Positions 23,916 through 37,680 are shown, counted from the first letter of the stretch. The stretch is 64,000 bases of DNA from Selaginella moellendorffii (GCF_000143415.4 NW_003314341.1:832394-896393); one strand, 5' to 3'. The notes: generated from the sequence alone by a model not told the origin. Made by a program: numbers and translations.

Positions 23916-24688
23916 ATGGCAAGGGCAGGGCGTAAGCGAACCCAGGCGGAGACGGAACCTCCGCCAGAGCTGGAGCCTCTGGTTGAACAAGAGGCTATGG
24001 ATGAGGAATCCTTGCATGAGGAGGACTCTAGTGAGGAAACTTCCAAACAGGAGTCCGATGGCGAGGTTCGGTCGTCCAAGGCTCGATTGGACGTGCTAGA
24101 AGGACAGTTGGCACAGACCAATGCCCTGCTAGAGACTCTCGTACGCAAGTTAAAACGTGACGAGAAGCGGAAGAAAAAGCGAAAGACTGCGGATGAAGGC
24201 AGCGCAGAAGGTGCGGACCCTTCGGCAGGGACTGAGGCAAAACCAGACAAGGTCGAACAGACCGAAGTGGAATCAGTCCCTCAGGCAGTTCCCAAGTACA
24301 AACCAAAGCCCCCACCGGTGTTCAAGGGAGTGAACGACTATAAGGTTGTGGAGGATTGGTTTTACGATATGGAGGACTACTTCCGAGCGTTACGGTTACC
24401 GAGCTCGGAGAAGGTCCCATGTGCAAAACCATACTTGGCAGATAATGCCAAGTCTTGGTGGAGAACAACGGAGGCCAACGAAGGACCGGTGGCCACCTGG
24501 GACATGATGAAGGCGAGGATCCGCGCGACATACGTTCCTCCGAATGCCACTCTGCATCTGAGAGATGAGCTGAGTAGGCTGAAGCAGACTGGAACCATCC
24601 AGGAATATGTGAATGGGTTCATGGCAAAGAGGATACTTGTCACGGACATGGGGGATATGGATGCGTTCCATGCCTTTATATCAGGTTT
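23916..24688 (+). CDS. gag: Second gag copy (tandem element), truncated by assembly gap
   Basis: Near-identical to the ORF starting at 17534, with a few substitutions (G>D, I>M); PBS at 23860. Confidence 0.9.
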
Positions 24689-24788
24689 NNNNNNNNNNNN
24701 NNNNNNNNNNNNNNNNNNNNNNNNNNNNNNNNNNNNNNNNNNNNNNNNNNNNNNNNNNNNNNNNNNNNNNNNNNNNNNNNNNNNNNNN

Positions 24789-25276
24789 CCTTGGTCCCAG
24801 TTTCAACCCCAAGTCAATTTGGAAGCCCCCTTGGAGAGTTCCTTCAAAACTGGTTCCTAGACCTCCCTATCCCTACTATACTTTTGGAACCCCCTGGAGG
24901 CCCCCCCCCCCCCCCCCCCCCCCTAGGAGACGCACGCTTTGGGCTTTCACCCCTTGACCCGTATTAGTACTCGAACTTAGTCTTTGGCTCGATCTCGGAC
25001 CCGATCTCGGACTTGACCTCGGACTCGACTTCGGACTCGGTCTCGGACCCGATTTCGGATCTCGGACTCCGTCTCGAACTCGGTCTCGAACTTGGTCTTG
25101 AACTCGGTCTCCGAGTCGGCCTCGGACTCGATTCCGGACTCTATCTTGAACTCGGTCTTAGAGTCGGTCTTGGACTCAATCTTAGACTCGGTCCCATCTG
25201 ATGAGCTCTTTATTATTTTGGTCATGCTTTTGGGGCTCCTTTAGCCTACGACACCTTGGAGAGTTGATTCCTTACA
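24789..25276 (-). repeat. Family A LTR 5' portion (reverse strand)
   Basis: Ends in ccttaca at 25276, followed by caaag, matching caaag before 4557 and before 16189 (TSD). Confidence 0.85.
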
Positions 25277-28200
25277 CAAAGCTTGTGATCATTATTAGGC
25301 AAAACTTGGCTATAGGCTTCTTCAAGCTTTTGGTTCCTTGAGTATTCATATTTATGGTTCATTTGTTAGAAGTTGTTAGGGAAGGCATTTTGGCTCATTA
25401 GCTTCAATGTTGAAGTTAGTATTTGCATCTGGCAATCATTGGTGATGATTGACTATCATCTAGGATAGTTTATTATCCTTGTCAAAAACTTTTGCTTGAT
25501 TGTTGGTTATATGGAATGAGTTGCCGTTCTTTGGGATGGTGAATTCCTTTTTGACAATGATTATGCATCTCTTCATTGATAGGATGATTGATGATCTTTC
25601 GTGATGGTTAGTTGTTCTCTTTGATAGCTTATGGCTTTTCGCAATACCATATGTTGTTTTTGGTTTGCTCTGGATTGGTCTCTTGGGTTTGAAACATCAA
25701 TAGGATGTTGCTGACACTTGCTTAGGCAACTTAAGTTCCTTGGTGTTGTTGGCTGGGATCTATTCGGATTGGCTAATATGATAGTTGGCATGAATGAGTG
25801 TTTGTTAGTTTTGCCACATTCATTCTGTTTTGTTGATTATTGCTCGAGTTAGTTTCGATAGATTAGAATGTTATTTCCTTCAAATGATACATTCGTGAAC
25901 ATTTTGCTTGCTAGTCAATGATACTTTGTGTTTTTTGAGTTATCTTTGGTAAGATGTTTGGCATACTATCTACCATCTTCGATAGTTAAGTTTCATCATT
26001 GAGTTTCCTTGATGATATACTAGCTATTGAATTTTTTTGAATGGTGCATTTTGTGTTTACTAGTTACGATGACCTTGGTGGTTCTTATACTATAATACTA
26101 GTTTATCAAATGATACTATAAGCGACCAATTTTTTCCATTCTACTTTAGTCACTTAACCACACCTCCGACCACTTGGAGGAGTCTCATTCACAACCTCCA
26201 TAAGTCCCACTCAGGACTTGGGGCTTGCTAGCCCTGAGAATGGCATCCATGCCACTCAACCTTTGCACTTGGTCCAAGTGCTCCACATGTCCAGTCCCAT
26301 GACCGACACCCCAAGGCACCACCAACATACCAGCCCGTTACGTTGGGCCATACCCAATCACCTTGGTCACATCGGTGGTCCAACACCACCTGCATTGCAA
26401 TCCCAACTCTCCAAGACTGGGCCATCTGTCCATGAGTGGTCATCCCAGATCCACTCCTTAGCATCCTTAGGATGCCCGCAGACATAGGGAATAGCCTTCT
26501 CCAATATCTCCTTTCTGGTCCCCACCAAGTCCCTTTCTGTCCTTGGCCGTGTTCGCCCACACTACCACTGGATCAAGGCCCATGGGCCCGACCACTAAGT
26601 CCCACTGTTCTCTAGGACTTCCTCACTATGTGACTGTGTCTTTGGTCACCACACCAGAATTCTACTCCTCTTCCTTTCCACAATCTGGGACTTTGGGACA
26701 ATATTTCAAAACACTATGGCCCTACGCCTGCCTCATGGGTACTCTCCCCGCCTTCCGCCTTTAGGTGCTCTAGCCATGGGCTTAGAGCGAGGTTCCGTTG
26801 AGCCACACCTGGTATCTAGGTAGGTAGTGCCACCCACACTTGGATTGAGAGCATTAGCTAGTGGATCTCCCAAGGGAACTAGAGCCAGCTCTTGAACACT
26901 TCACCAAGCCACCCTGCTTGTCGGTCTGTCTTCACTCTAGTCTTGGACTTCCCAGTGGGCAACTCATCACCCAACACTGGGTCCAGCCTTCCTGGGCCAA
27001 ACTGGCCTTTCCTGGCCAAACTGGCTCCACTGCAGTCTTCCCCCTCACTATACTTTTGGAGCTCACCAAACCCCCTAGGGTCTGGGAGACGAACGCTTTG
27101 GGCTTTCACCCTCTCAGACTCGAACTCAGACTCGGACTCGGACTCGGACTCGGACTCAGACTCGGACTCGAACTCAGACTTGAACTCGGACTTGGGCTTG
27201 GGCTTGGGCTCGGGCTCAGTCTCGGTCTCGGTCCCAATCTCGGTCTCGGTCTCGGTCTCGACTTCGGACTCCATCTCGGGTCCATCTCGGACTCCATCTT
27301 ATACTCCATCTTGGACTCCATCTCGGACTCCATCTCGGGTCTATTTCGGACTCCATTTCGGATCCATCCTGGACTCCATCTCGGGCTCCACCTCGGACTC
27401 CATCTCGGGTCCACCTTGGACTCCAACTCGGGTCCATCTCGGACTCTATCTTGAACTCCATCTCGGACTCCATCTCGGACCTTGGACTCCATCTCGGACT
27501 CCATCTCAGACTCCATCTCGGGCCCGTCTCGGACACTTCCACGTGTCATGTGTTGGTCCCTTTGGGGTACCTTTTTGGAGCCTCACTTTTTGCTCGCTTC
27601 GTGCTCGTTCCTCGAGCACTTTGTTGGGAGTTCCACACCCGCTCTCGACCTTTCAAGTCGGAGCTTTTAGTCCAAACGTGTTAAGTTCATTTGGTTTTCA
27701 CTTCAGCCACTACCACGTGGCACCCTTTCGGCTCCACTTTGGGGCCTAGGGATTTTGTGTCTCACAACTCGACCACCCATAGATGAAGTTCAATGTCCTC
27801 ATCGAACGATAAACCCTTTCATAAAGTAACACCTGCACGTGTTACCATTTCCATCCTTGGCATCTAGCCAATATTTGTCTATGGTTTGACACCAAAGGCT
27901 CACCATGCCTTGTCCATCCTCTAAGGAGCATAGTCTCTCCAATTTAGAGGCTCATTCAACCACATGTGGTGGTTCTCTCCTTTTATTGGTTTAGTTCTCA
28001 CTAAACTTGTTAGAGACACCTTCTCTAACTCAATCCCACTACTCATTCTCGAGTGATCTCACTTTCCATTGATATAACCCTTGCACTTTGGAACTTTTAA
28101 TTCTAACTTCTCGAAGTCAATTTCCTGGGTGTCTCCGACACCTTGCATTGCACATATTGTACCACTCCACTTCCCCATCCTAGGAAGTTCTCTACTTGAG

Positions 28201-29522
28201 GGCAACATCATCCTCTTTTTGATTTCGTGCCACCTTTGGCACTAAGTTCCAGTTATCATAATTTGGGCTAGGGCTGTCCACGTCCCTATCATTTGGCTAC
28301 CTTATTGCTCCAACCTTTGGAACTTCCACTTTCGCCACATTGGAGCAATTGGGAATCCATCCTTGGGAACACATTTCCTTTCCCACAAGCCGTTAGCTGT
28401 GAGACACAAAATCCCTAAGCCCCAAAGTGGAGCCAGAAGGGTGCCACATGGTAGTGGCCGAAGCGAAAGCCAAATGAGCGTAACACGTTTGGACTAAAAG
28501 TTCTGACTTGAAAGGTCGAGAGCGGGAGTGGAACTCCCAACAAAGTGCTCGAGGAACGAGCATGAAGCAAGCAATAAGCAAGGCTCCAAAAAGGGACCCA
28601 AAAAGGACCAACACATGACACGTGGAAGTGTCCGAGATAGACCCGAGTTGGAGTCCGAAGTGGAGTCTGAAGTGGAGTCCGAGATGGACCCGAGTTGGAG
28701 TCCAAAGTGGAGTCCAAAGTAGAGTCCAAGAAGGACCCAAGATGGAGTCCGAGGTTGAGACCGAGACCGGGACCGGGACCGGGACCGAGACCGAGACCGA
28801 GACCGAGACTGAGATTGGGACCGAGACCAAGGCCGAGGCCGACTCCGAGTCCGAGTCCGAGTCCAAGTCCAAGTCTGAGTTCAAGTCTGAGAGGGTGAAA
28901 GCCCAAAGCGTTCGTCTCCCAGACCCTGGGGGGTTTGGTGAGCTCCAAAAGTATAGTAAGGGGGAGGACTGCAGTGGAGCCAGTTTGGCTAGGTAAGGCC
29001 AGTTTGGCCAAGGAAGGTTGTACCCAGTGTTGGGTGATGAGCTGCCCACTGGGAAGTCCAAGACTAGAGTGAACACAGAAAAGCTCTATTTCGTTAAAGT
29101 GGGAATTGTCATTATCCTACTTGTAAAATAAGGTTTCCAAACCTTTATATAGTATATAAATATAACAAAATTCAACTGCATTGAGGCACATGCCATTTTA
29201 TTTTAAACAAGGAAATGTCTACTCAATCACTTCTCCTCCCCTTGCCACTGCTTCACCTCTCTCTTCTCCTTGTCATCGTCATCCAATTTCTTTCCATCCA
29301 TTTAATATTGGCTCAGTTGCTCCGAGTCTAGGTGGAGCCCAAGTCCCCATTCAATCTTTACTTTCCCCTTATTAATAAAACAACTTCGTAGACTTCCAAT
29401 AACATGCTGTAACACTTCTAGTATAATGCAAATCCTCTCAAAGAATTGTCTTTTAATATTAATACAATGGCATGGAACCCCATGCCATAATAAGTTACAT
29501 TTTTAAATAAATACATGCCATC

Positions 29523-32500
29523 TCAGACTGTTATTTTTTGCCTCCAACGCCTATACAATAATCTTGGAATTTCATCACTCTCCACACTATCAGGATTTAA
29601 ACCCAATAGTAATGCCATCTCTTCTCTAATACGTCCATGCTCATGTTCAGTGGTCGAAGAACCCATCCGGTTGAGCAGATTATGGAGATGCGGATAGTGC
29701 TTGGCTAGACAATATACATGCCATAAATGATGACTGGTGTCTGTCCGATCAAATGGCTTCTGATATACCGTTCCATCTGCCATTTGGTTGATTTCTGCAG
29801 CCACCTCCTGGACTGGTCGGTTTTCTATCACCATCGCTCCAAGCCATTTTGCAAGGTCCCCCAGAACATACGGTTTCTTCTCCCTAGTTTCCATATTGCA
29901 AGAGATGGGGTGCACTGCATATGTGTGCGTGTTCGCTGCAGTTTTAATCGGCGAGTCATCGATAATGAGGATTTCACTTGACCTAGCAGTCCGGTTCATC
30001 ACTACAGCCTCTGGCTTGACGAAGATGGGCTTGCTACCCCTCACATGGACCATAGTCAAGCAATCCTCCTGCGTTAGGAGAAAGTCAAATGGTAATATTA
30101 CTCGCGTCTGATCGTACATCATCTGTAGCAACGTTAATGCATTGTGGCACATCATGGATGTCCAAACTCCCAATTGCAAATTGAACCCGGCCCTCTGTTT
30201 TAAGTGTCGCATGGTCATTATTAGATCCCGCAGTTTCTCCCGTGTGATTAATGTGAATCTGTCTCTTTTGACCAACTTGCGACCGCAGGCTTTGGAGGGT
30301 GCAATGACATTCGAGGACGAGCCACGCTCATGGGAGAAAAGGACACCATTCAGATCAAAAACGATACAGTACCTTCGCCGTGACTCTGAAATGAAATGCG
30401 TCAGCATAAAAAATGGTACAAGTCAATTTTACCATCTACAATATTAGCGAATGGTGCTCCCGATGGTCGTTGAGAGGGTTTTGGTCGAGGAAACGTGAAG
30501 GGCGGAAATACTCTCCTCTGCAATGTGGGGTCAATCGCATCCGATGGCGTGTGGGCACATGCCATTTCAGCTGTAGACTCTGGTACAACTGGCTCAACAG
30601 TGGCATGGGGTGGTTCCGATGGCGTGTGATCACACGCCATTTCAGCTGGTGCCTCCGTTGGCAAAGTGGACATGACCGAACAGGCAGCAGGGGCGGTGTA
30701 GGGAGGTTCCAACGGCGCGTAGTCAGACGATTGGGCACAAGTTGAGTCCGTTGGAAATGAGGATACGACCGGCTCGGCGGCTGGGGCGGCCTCATGCGGG
30801 TCCAATGGCGCCTAGTCATCGTCAGTTGGATACGTGGACAAGATTGACTCAGTGGTATGGGCAGCATCAAGTGGAGCGTGGTCAGCTTGCTTGGCGTTGA
30901 TATGGATAGTAGCCTCCACCAGCTCTGATGACTCTTGCAGGCAAGTAGAGTCCACTGGCGGATCCATATGCATGTCCAAATATCTCCCTTCGATTGAGAT
31001 GGTATCCTCCCGTGCTACTAAAAACAAACTCATTAGCACATTGAATCGACTATACTGTATTTACCATCAACTGCTATTGAGGAACTAGGACCGATATCAC
31101 TTGGGCGCACTGCTGATTCTGAAGGATTGGACATACGTTTCGACCCTTGCTTGGCACTATCCTTCCTCGACACTAAAGGCTAGAGTTTGTAAATTCAACT
31201 GAATAATCTCTACTTACCATTTGCTCTGCGACCTACATGGACAATGTTAGAAATGGTAAAAGGTTAGGAATGGATGTACTATTATTTACCTGATGGTTTG
31301 TCTTGTATGACCTTCCTCCGCTGCTCTTTGGCCACCTCAGGCTGGCCATCGTCGTCATCATCGTCGTCGTCGTTATTGTGATCGTCACCATTGTGAGGAC
31401 CATCCAAGTCCTCTTCGTCCTCCTCTTCTTCGTCCTTCTGCTCTTCCTACTCATTATCTTTCTCTGGCTCCTCATCCCCCTCCTGCATTTCTTCCATAGG
31501 CTGCTCAGGTTGGATGGCTTGTTCTTCCAGGACCATCTTGGGAAAATCATCTGGCCGAGTCTCCATCTCAAAATACAAGACATCCATAGCCTATTTTAGT
31601 GCGTGACCTAGGACCGTATCCTCACCCGACTGTCTTAACATGGTTTCTTGCACCCTTCGAAGACGACGAGATGAGAAAAACGTGGCCCTGACTTGAAAAG
31701 CATCCCTCATCCATTGTACTTCTCCATTGAGATTGGGGAAGGGGAGTCCGCCATAGGAATCTGAGTCAGGAGGTGGTGACTGGCTGCTTTCACTCAGCCC
31801 TTGATCTGCAATGAATGGCATGAGCACACACGCCATAACCGCGAGGCATTACCTATCATCTTTTCGTTGCCCTTCTTCCTTTTCGAATCAAACGCCTCTG
31901 ATCCCAACGACTGTCCAACGTGCTTTCGCTTTTTATGACCACTGTCAGTTTGAGCTTGGCTGGTGCTTGCCTGTTTTGCCTTTGAAGAAGTGTCTCCTGC
32001 AAGGAATGGCATGAGACCACACGCCATTGCAAATATAATTTGTACCTCCTTTTTTCCTATTGCTTGTCTGTTTGTCCTTCTTCGACACGCCACCAGTGCG
32101 CTTTTCAGTCCTCGTGTCTGAATATTCACAATGATCTATAATCAAAATGGCGTGAGGCCTCACGTGACCTTACCTTGTGCAGGTTGTGAGCTCGGCCCAA
32201 CATGGGTATCTTCAACAGTAGCTGTTAACGCCGTTTCAGCATCTGGGGGTGGCCACACTCCTGCATACAGAGCTTGTGAGATAACATTTAAACTTAAAGT
32301 GCGTACTCACCAGGTTCGCAGAGAAGATACTGTTTTTCTTTGGCAACTGTAATTATATGCTCCATTGAAGTCACCTCTTCAATGGAGTTTGTCACCGCAA
32401 CACACGGGACACCCTTGAGTAGTGCGGCTCGAAAGAATAGTCTGCCGCAGTTGTACTCGACAACGCATTTGCCCTTGGAGTCGGAAGCAGGTGACCCACC

Positions 32501-34885
32501 TGCTATTGCGTTGAAGACCCAGCTGAGCATTTCCCATGCTGCACCTGGAGCTTTCTTTGGATTCGAAAGCTCCATAGCCGTCTTCAGTTCCTCAGGCACG
32601 GGTAAATTGACCTCCCTTAGATCAATTCGATCGGCCTTGTCGAACGAAGCTGGGAAGTCACTCCAGTCCCACTCTGCTGCAGGACCAATAACAAGGGCGA
32701 GTGTGAAGATGCGGACATTCGTCGGTATCTTCTTCTTAGCTATTATCCCATGGATCTCCCGCATCTCCTTGCCTTTCAACCGAGCCTTCACCTCGTTCAA
32801 GGCCTTCCAGAACTTGTGATAGGATTCGGAGTCGTAGATCATATAGTGGACTGAAGATTCCACCTCCGCAAATCCCACCATTAAGTCAATGATGGAGCTG
32901 ACTTCATCTGCATGAGTGATCTCCTCGTTTGTGAAGTCCATCACACAAAAGATGTTCTTGACCTGCTCATCTCCGCGGGAAACGATGCTCCTCCACCTTT
33001 GATCCTCATCCGAATTCAAGTATACCCAGTAAGGTTCTCGATAGGCCTCTGTTGCGGGGTCGAGCTGTTTCTGAAGCCGGCGGTCGACATCACTCTTAAT
33101 GAAATTTGGATACTGATCCAACTTCTCAGCTTTACTTTTCGTGGCATCCCGCAGCAGATCGATGAACTTGGGGGCCCCCTTCACGTACTCGTCGATGTCT
33201 TCATTTGACAAATCCAGCGCTTCCATCATCTCTTGCGTGGTGTCGATGCTCACCCTCTCCACGGCCACTTGCTCGAAGATCCAATCCTTCAATAGCGCAC
33301 GAGCTCTCAGAGTCGTGCACAAGTCCTCGTATGTCACAATATGGCTGGGAGTCATTTTGGTCTTGTTGAAGACTACCTCACCACGTAGAAGAGCATTAGC
33401 CACTGTCAGAAGGTCGTCGTCGTCTAGAGACCGCGAGAAACGCAAGGCGTTGAGCTTCAAATCATTGGGCTTCCGGCCGTCCTCCACACCCATTGAGTTT
33501 AGTAACTCCTCGTCATGGTACCTCCTCAGCACATCTACCCATTTGTCAAAAACAACTTTTGTCGCGAGTAGAATGTTATGGATGCTGAGTGTGTCATTGA
33601 CCCCCAGTGTTTTCGAGAGAAGACTCGAGAATTCCTGCAATGGAAATGGCGTGAGCCCACATGCTATGCCACATGCAACGAGGCTTACCTGCCAGGCGCT
33701 AGTTGCTAGTGCACGTCCTTGTCCTGGTTTTTGTGGCTTCTTCAGTTGAACCCAGAGCTTCCGTGTTCGTGCCAATGTCTCGTGCAGACCCAATTTGTAG
33801 CACGTTTCTTGCTTGACATTCTGCGCATGGGAGATGTATATGATAGATCGGAGGGGCGAGTTGCCTTTTATCAGGCGGACAACTCTTGTCTTGAAGACTT
33901 TCTTCACCTCCTCGCCCACCATAATATCCACAACTATCTCTTGCATCGCCAAGCTAGAATGCTGCCCGGAGACGGCATAGAACCGGATGTTCTGATCGTC
34001 CAACACCTTCCTATTGATCAAGTCTGGAAACCTCGTCTCGCCCTTCATTGTTCGGTAGTAGGGGATCACGTCTGCGATGTCGGGTGTTACTAGACTTGCC
34101 AGCATCCTCTGCTTCAGTTTCTCCACCCACTCATCAGATACTAGCCTGTGGTTGTATTTGCTTTGGATGTCGATACGGCTCACGTCGATTGTATATACTT
34201 TGTTGGAATAGTAACAAGTACTATTATCTGCGACAATTTTTGCTGCCTCTTCTTGCTCTTTCTGCTCTTTGCAGCTCTTCTTTTTGGTGGGTGTAGTGTT
34301 CGAACCCGAGGCAATGGCATCACCGAGTAGCTTCTTTTTTGGAGGAAAGTCGGACTTCGGCTTGAGCTTGACCACCCTTTTCTGCTTCGGGGTAGTTTCC
34401 AGATCGACCCCCTTCCCCTTCGCTTCGCGAACTTGAGGCACTCTCAACGGCTCAATGTTGGAATATAGTTTTTGAACATCGCCGTAGGTGAGGTCCGTGG
34501 ATTCTATGTGATCTTCATAGACCCGCAGCGTCTTTGAAATTGTGGGCCTCCTGGACAACCTCTCCCTAGCTCCCTCTAGGAATTCCTCATAGCCGCTGCC
34601 CCCCTCCGGGAAGCCGCTAGGATGTGCAAGGTGGATCTTGAAGGCAGACGCTGTCTCTACCACAAGTGCCAGTCCATATTCTTGCATGGAACTGCATGGA
34701 GTGTCTGTCACTTGGATGAGGATCCCCATGCATTCTTTTCTCCCACCATCTGTGTTGTACAGCCTCAGATCCTCGCCTTCCATCCCGAAAGTCCAACTGG
34801 TGAGCTCCTCCCCCTTCTCTGCATCCACATTGACAGTGGCTGGAAGAAGAACACAATTCCTCGCCTGTTCAAAAATGCACAACAA
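29523..34885 (-). CDS. Multi-exon cargo gene: ParB-like domain, degenerate N6/N4-DNA-methyltransferase-like region, acidic linker, C-terminal FCP1/NIF-like HAD domain. 5' end unresolved; two internal TAG stops suggest this copy is damaged.
   Basis: 863-aa ORF and downstream ORFs joined by phase-compatible GT-AG introns (33635-688, 32261-310, 32118-173, 31997-32045, 31806-852, 30386-432); junctions between ~31050 and 31650 are not fully resolved. Motifs NHRLVSDEWVEKLKQRM..YAVSGQHSSLAM; KGKCVVEYNCG..AALLKGVPCVAV; CIVFDLNGVL..VWTSMM..IIDDSPIK. Confidence 0.7.
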
Positions 34886-36367
34886 TTAGAGCTGACAGAT
34901 GAAAAGCTAGCAGCTGGAAATAACGTGAGGCCACACGCCATTCACCACTGCATCAGATGTCTTGAGGCTGCATCCTAAGATGGCATGAGGCTACACGCCA
35001 TCTATAACCAGACTGCACTCGAGAGCCCAATCGGTGCATGCCAATGTTGCTACTGAATGGCATGTGGCCTCATGCCATTTTCTACTTGGCCTAAAAGACT
35101 TACCATTTGAAGCCGAATGGAGGCATGACAATCGAGGCCGGACTCGCTGGCGAATGTGCACTGTGTGTGCAGCGGATCGTAGCAGCAAGGCTACTCTGCC
35201 ACTTACAGTTGGAGAGTAGCGCTGAAATCTCCCGGGACGCCAAGTGGGCTGTGTGTGGGTGGCGGAGTGGGCGGCGGAGTTGGCGGCGAAGTTACAAACT
35301 GGGTGTGTCTTGAAGTGGACGCCGATGCACACGAGCACGATGCGAGCGCGAGTGTGATGCAAGCGCGAGTGGACGCCGATGCACATGAGAAACCTGTAGA
35401 AAAGGTAGATGAGCGCGAATGTGAGCGTGATCGCGAGTGGGAGCGCGATGCGAGCGCGAGTACGAAGCAAAATGCAAAACCTAACCTCACACGCGCGAAA
35501 TGTCACGACGGTTGGTAATCCCGCCACGTCATCATTCCTCGGACTTGGGCGCCACCATTAATTTTTGGATCGCCACGCGCATGCATGCACGTGAAATCCA
35601 AAAGAAATCTGCAACGTCATCATTCCTTGGACTGCATGCACGCGAAATCCAAAAGAAAGATCATGATTGGGATATCATTTAATACCCTCGCTATATTTAT
35701 ACCATGCATGATTGGATATTCCAAAGCATCTTGTATTTCCAAAAATGCCAGATGTTCAGCTAAATAAATTGTCAGAGGATTTGATGTGACGTTCAAGCGT
35801 GTGGGCTCATGCAATTTTGATCCCAAAAAATGCACCAAAAAATGCTCAGCGTCATCTGGCGTTATCTCTTGAATGGCGTGGGGCCGCATGCCATTTTCAG
35901 GGGCACATAGGAGTATATTCCTAGAATATTCTAACACGAGCGAGATTGTTTTGAGTTTTCTGGAGATCCAACCGTTAGATCGCAACTAGATTTTACAGAA
36001 TGGTATACAATGTCTTTCTTGATGACCCTGCAAAGAAGCATCTCAATCGGACACCACATGAGACCACACGAGCCTTACAATGTTTCAGGGGCATTTGCCA
36101 TAGATCCGACCGTTATTTTGCTCCAAGATTTTACAGTTTGGTGTGCATTGACCTTTCCATCGACACTGCAAAGGGACATCACAATCAGATGCGGGATCAC
36201 AAGAAACCAACTTCACTAACTCTGGTTTCACCAAGATCTACGTAAGGAGTTATGAAATGAAAGGACCCTCTCTATTGAAATGTGTTTATGGTCCTAGGGG
36301 CATTGTGACATATCAAAGGATTTTGCATCAAGTTTTGTATTTGCATGTTTATCAAGCTACTGAATTG

Positions 36368-36393
36368 CTAAACCCTAAACCCTAAACCCTAAA
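36368..36393 (+). repeat. Plant telomere-type (CCCTAAA)n / telo-box tract
   Basis: ctaaaccctaaaccctaaaccctaaa between the divergent genes. Confidence 0.75.
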
Positions 36394-37252
36394 CATGTGG
36401 CAAATGCTGCGTGAAGAAAGATGCCTTTTCTGGGCAAATGCTGTAAGAGGCAGATGCCGAGTAGATGTATCTCAGGCTAGCGAAGGGGACAAACAAAAGC
36501 TAGCTATAAACATGACGGGATGCAAATAGATTACTAGGCTGGTCCTGCGAAAATCAAAAACCATAATTGAAAACATTGAAAATGCAAAAAGAAAGGTTTA
36601 TAATATTTTTGAATTTTAAGCAACCAAAGGGAATGTAAATAGGGCATGTGTTTGTAAGTTTAAAAATGCCTCAACCACTTAAATTCCCAAGTAAATAAAG
36701 CTGTTTCTATTTTTGGTACAGGTAAACTTTATAGCGTGTGGGCTCATGCAATTTTGAACCAAAAAATGCACCAAAAAATGCTCGACTAGCATTATTCTTT
36801 GAATGGCGTGTGGCCTTATATTGCCATAAATGGACGTACACACACAGCATAATTATTCCTTTACACGGCGAATAATCTTGGCGCGGATCGCTGACACGGC
36901 ATGGCAAAGTTCGAATCACTGACATGGCACAGCTGGATCGAGGCAAGGACATGATGTGACAAAGTTCAACCTCCGACAGCAAAGTCTAGAAGCTACTTAG
37001 TTTGAAATTTGTCAGAGGAATCATAAGATCTGGTTTGTCAGAGGATTTGATGTGACGTTCAAGCGTGTGTTATTTTTGAATTCTCGAACTCATTCCTAGG
37101 TCTATCATTTTTGTGCGCCGTGTTCTTGGTTCTGCTGAGCGCAATGAGCGCTGCTTGTGTAAGCAGCGTTGTGAGCTGTGGTTTATGTGTCTATAAGCGG
37201 TTGCGGCATTGCGAGCGCCATTGCGAGCGGCAGTTTATGCGAGTGGCAGTTT

Positions 37253-37323
37253 GTGCGAGCGGCGCTACGAGCAGTTGCGGTGTTGCGAGCGGCGCTACGA
37301 GTAGTTGCGGTGTTGCGAGCGGC
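37253..37323 (+). repeat. 30-bp tandem repeat (~2.4 copies)
   Basis: tgcgagcggcgctacgagYagttgcggtgt repeated. Confidence 0.8.
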
Positions 37324-37680
37324 ACTGTCTTTGGTGTGGCTACCGCTTCCTCTTGATATTCGGCACTTGTGCTTCCTGGTATGTTCACCATGGAATGGCT
37401 TAGGACCACATTTAGAAATGGCATGAGGCCACATGCCATCTTGGGCCCTTGCAATTTCATGGCTAGCGTATTGTCATGTATGTTTTTACTTGCCTGCAGC
37501 TGTGTGTATATCAAGATGTCATGAGGCCTCATGCCAATTTTGTGAATGCGAAATTTCACGTAGGTGTCAATAGCATGTTTGAATAATGGCATGTGGCCTC
37601 ATTCTATTTGGTATGTTATGATTTAGGCCATTCTCCAATCATTTTTTGTATGGTCTTAACTTCTTTTCTGCACTTTCAGA

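Noticed and set aside
36368-36393. Chromosome end or telomere-healing site
   Set aside because: Only about three units, internal to an element with intact TIRs.
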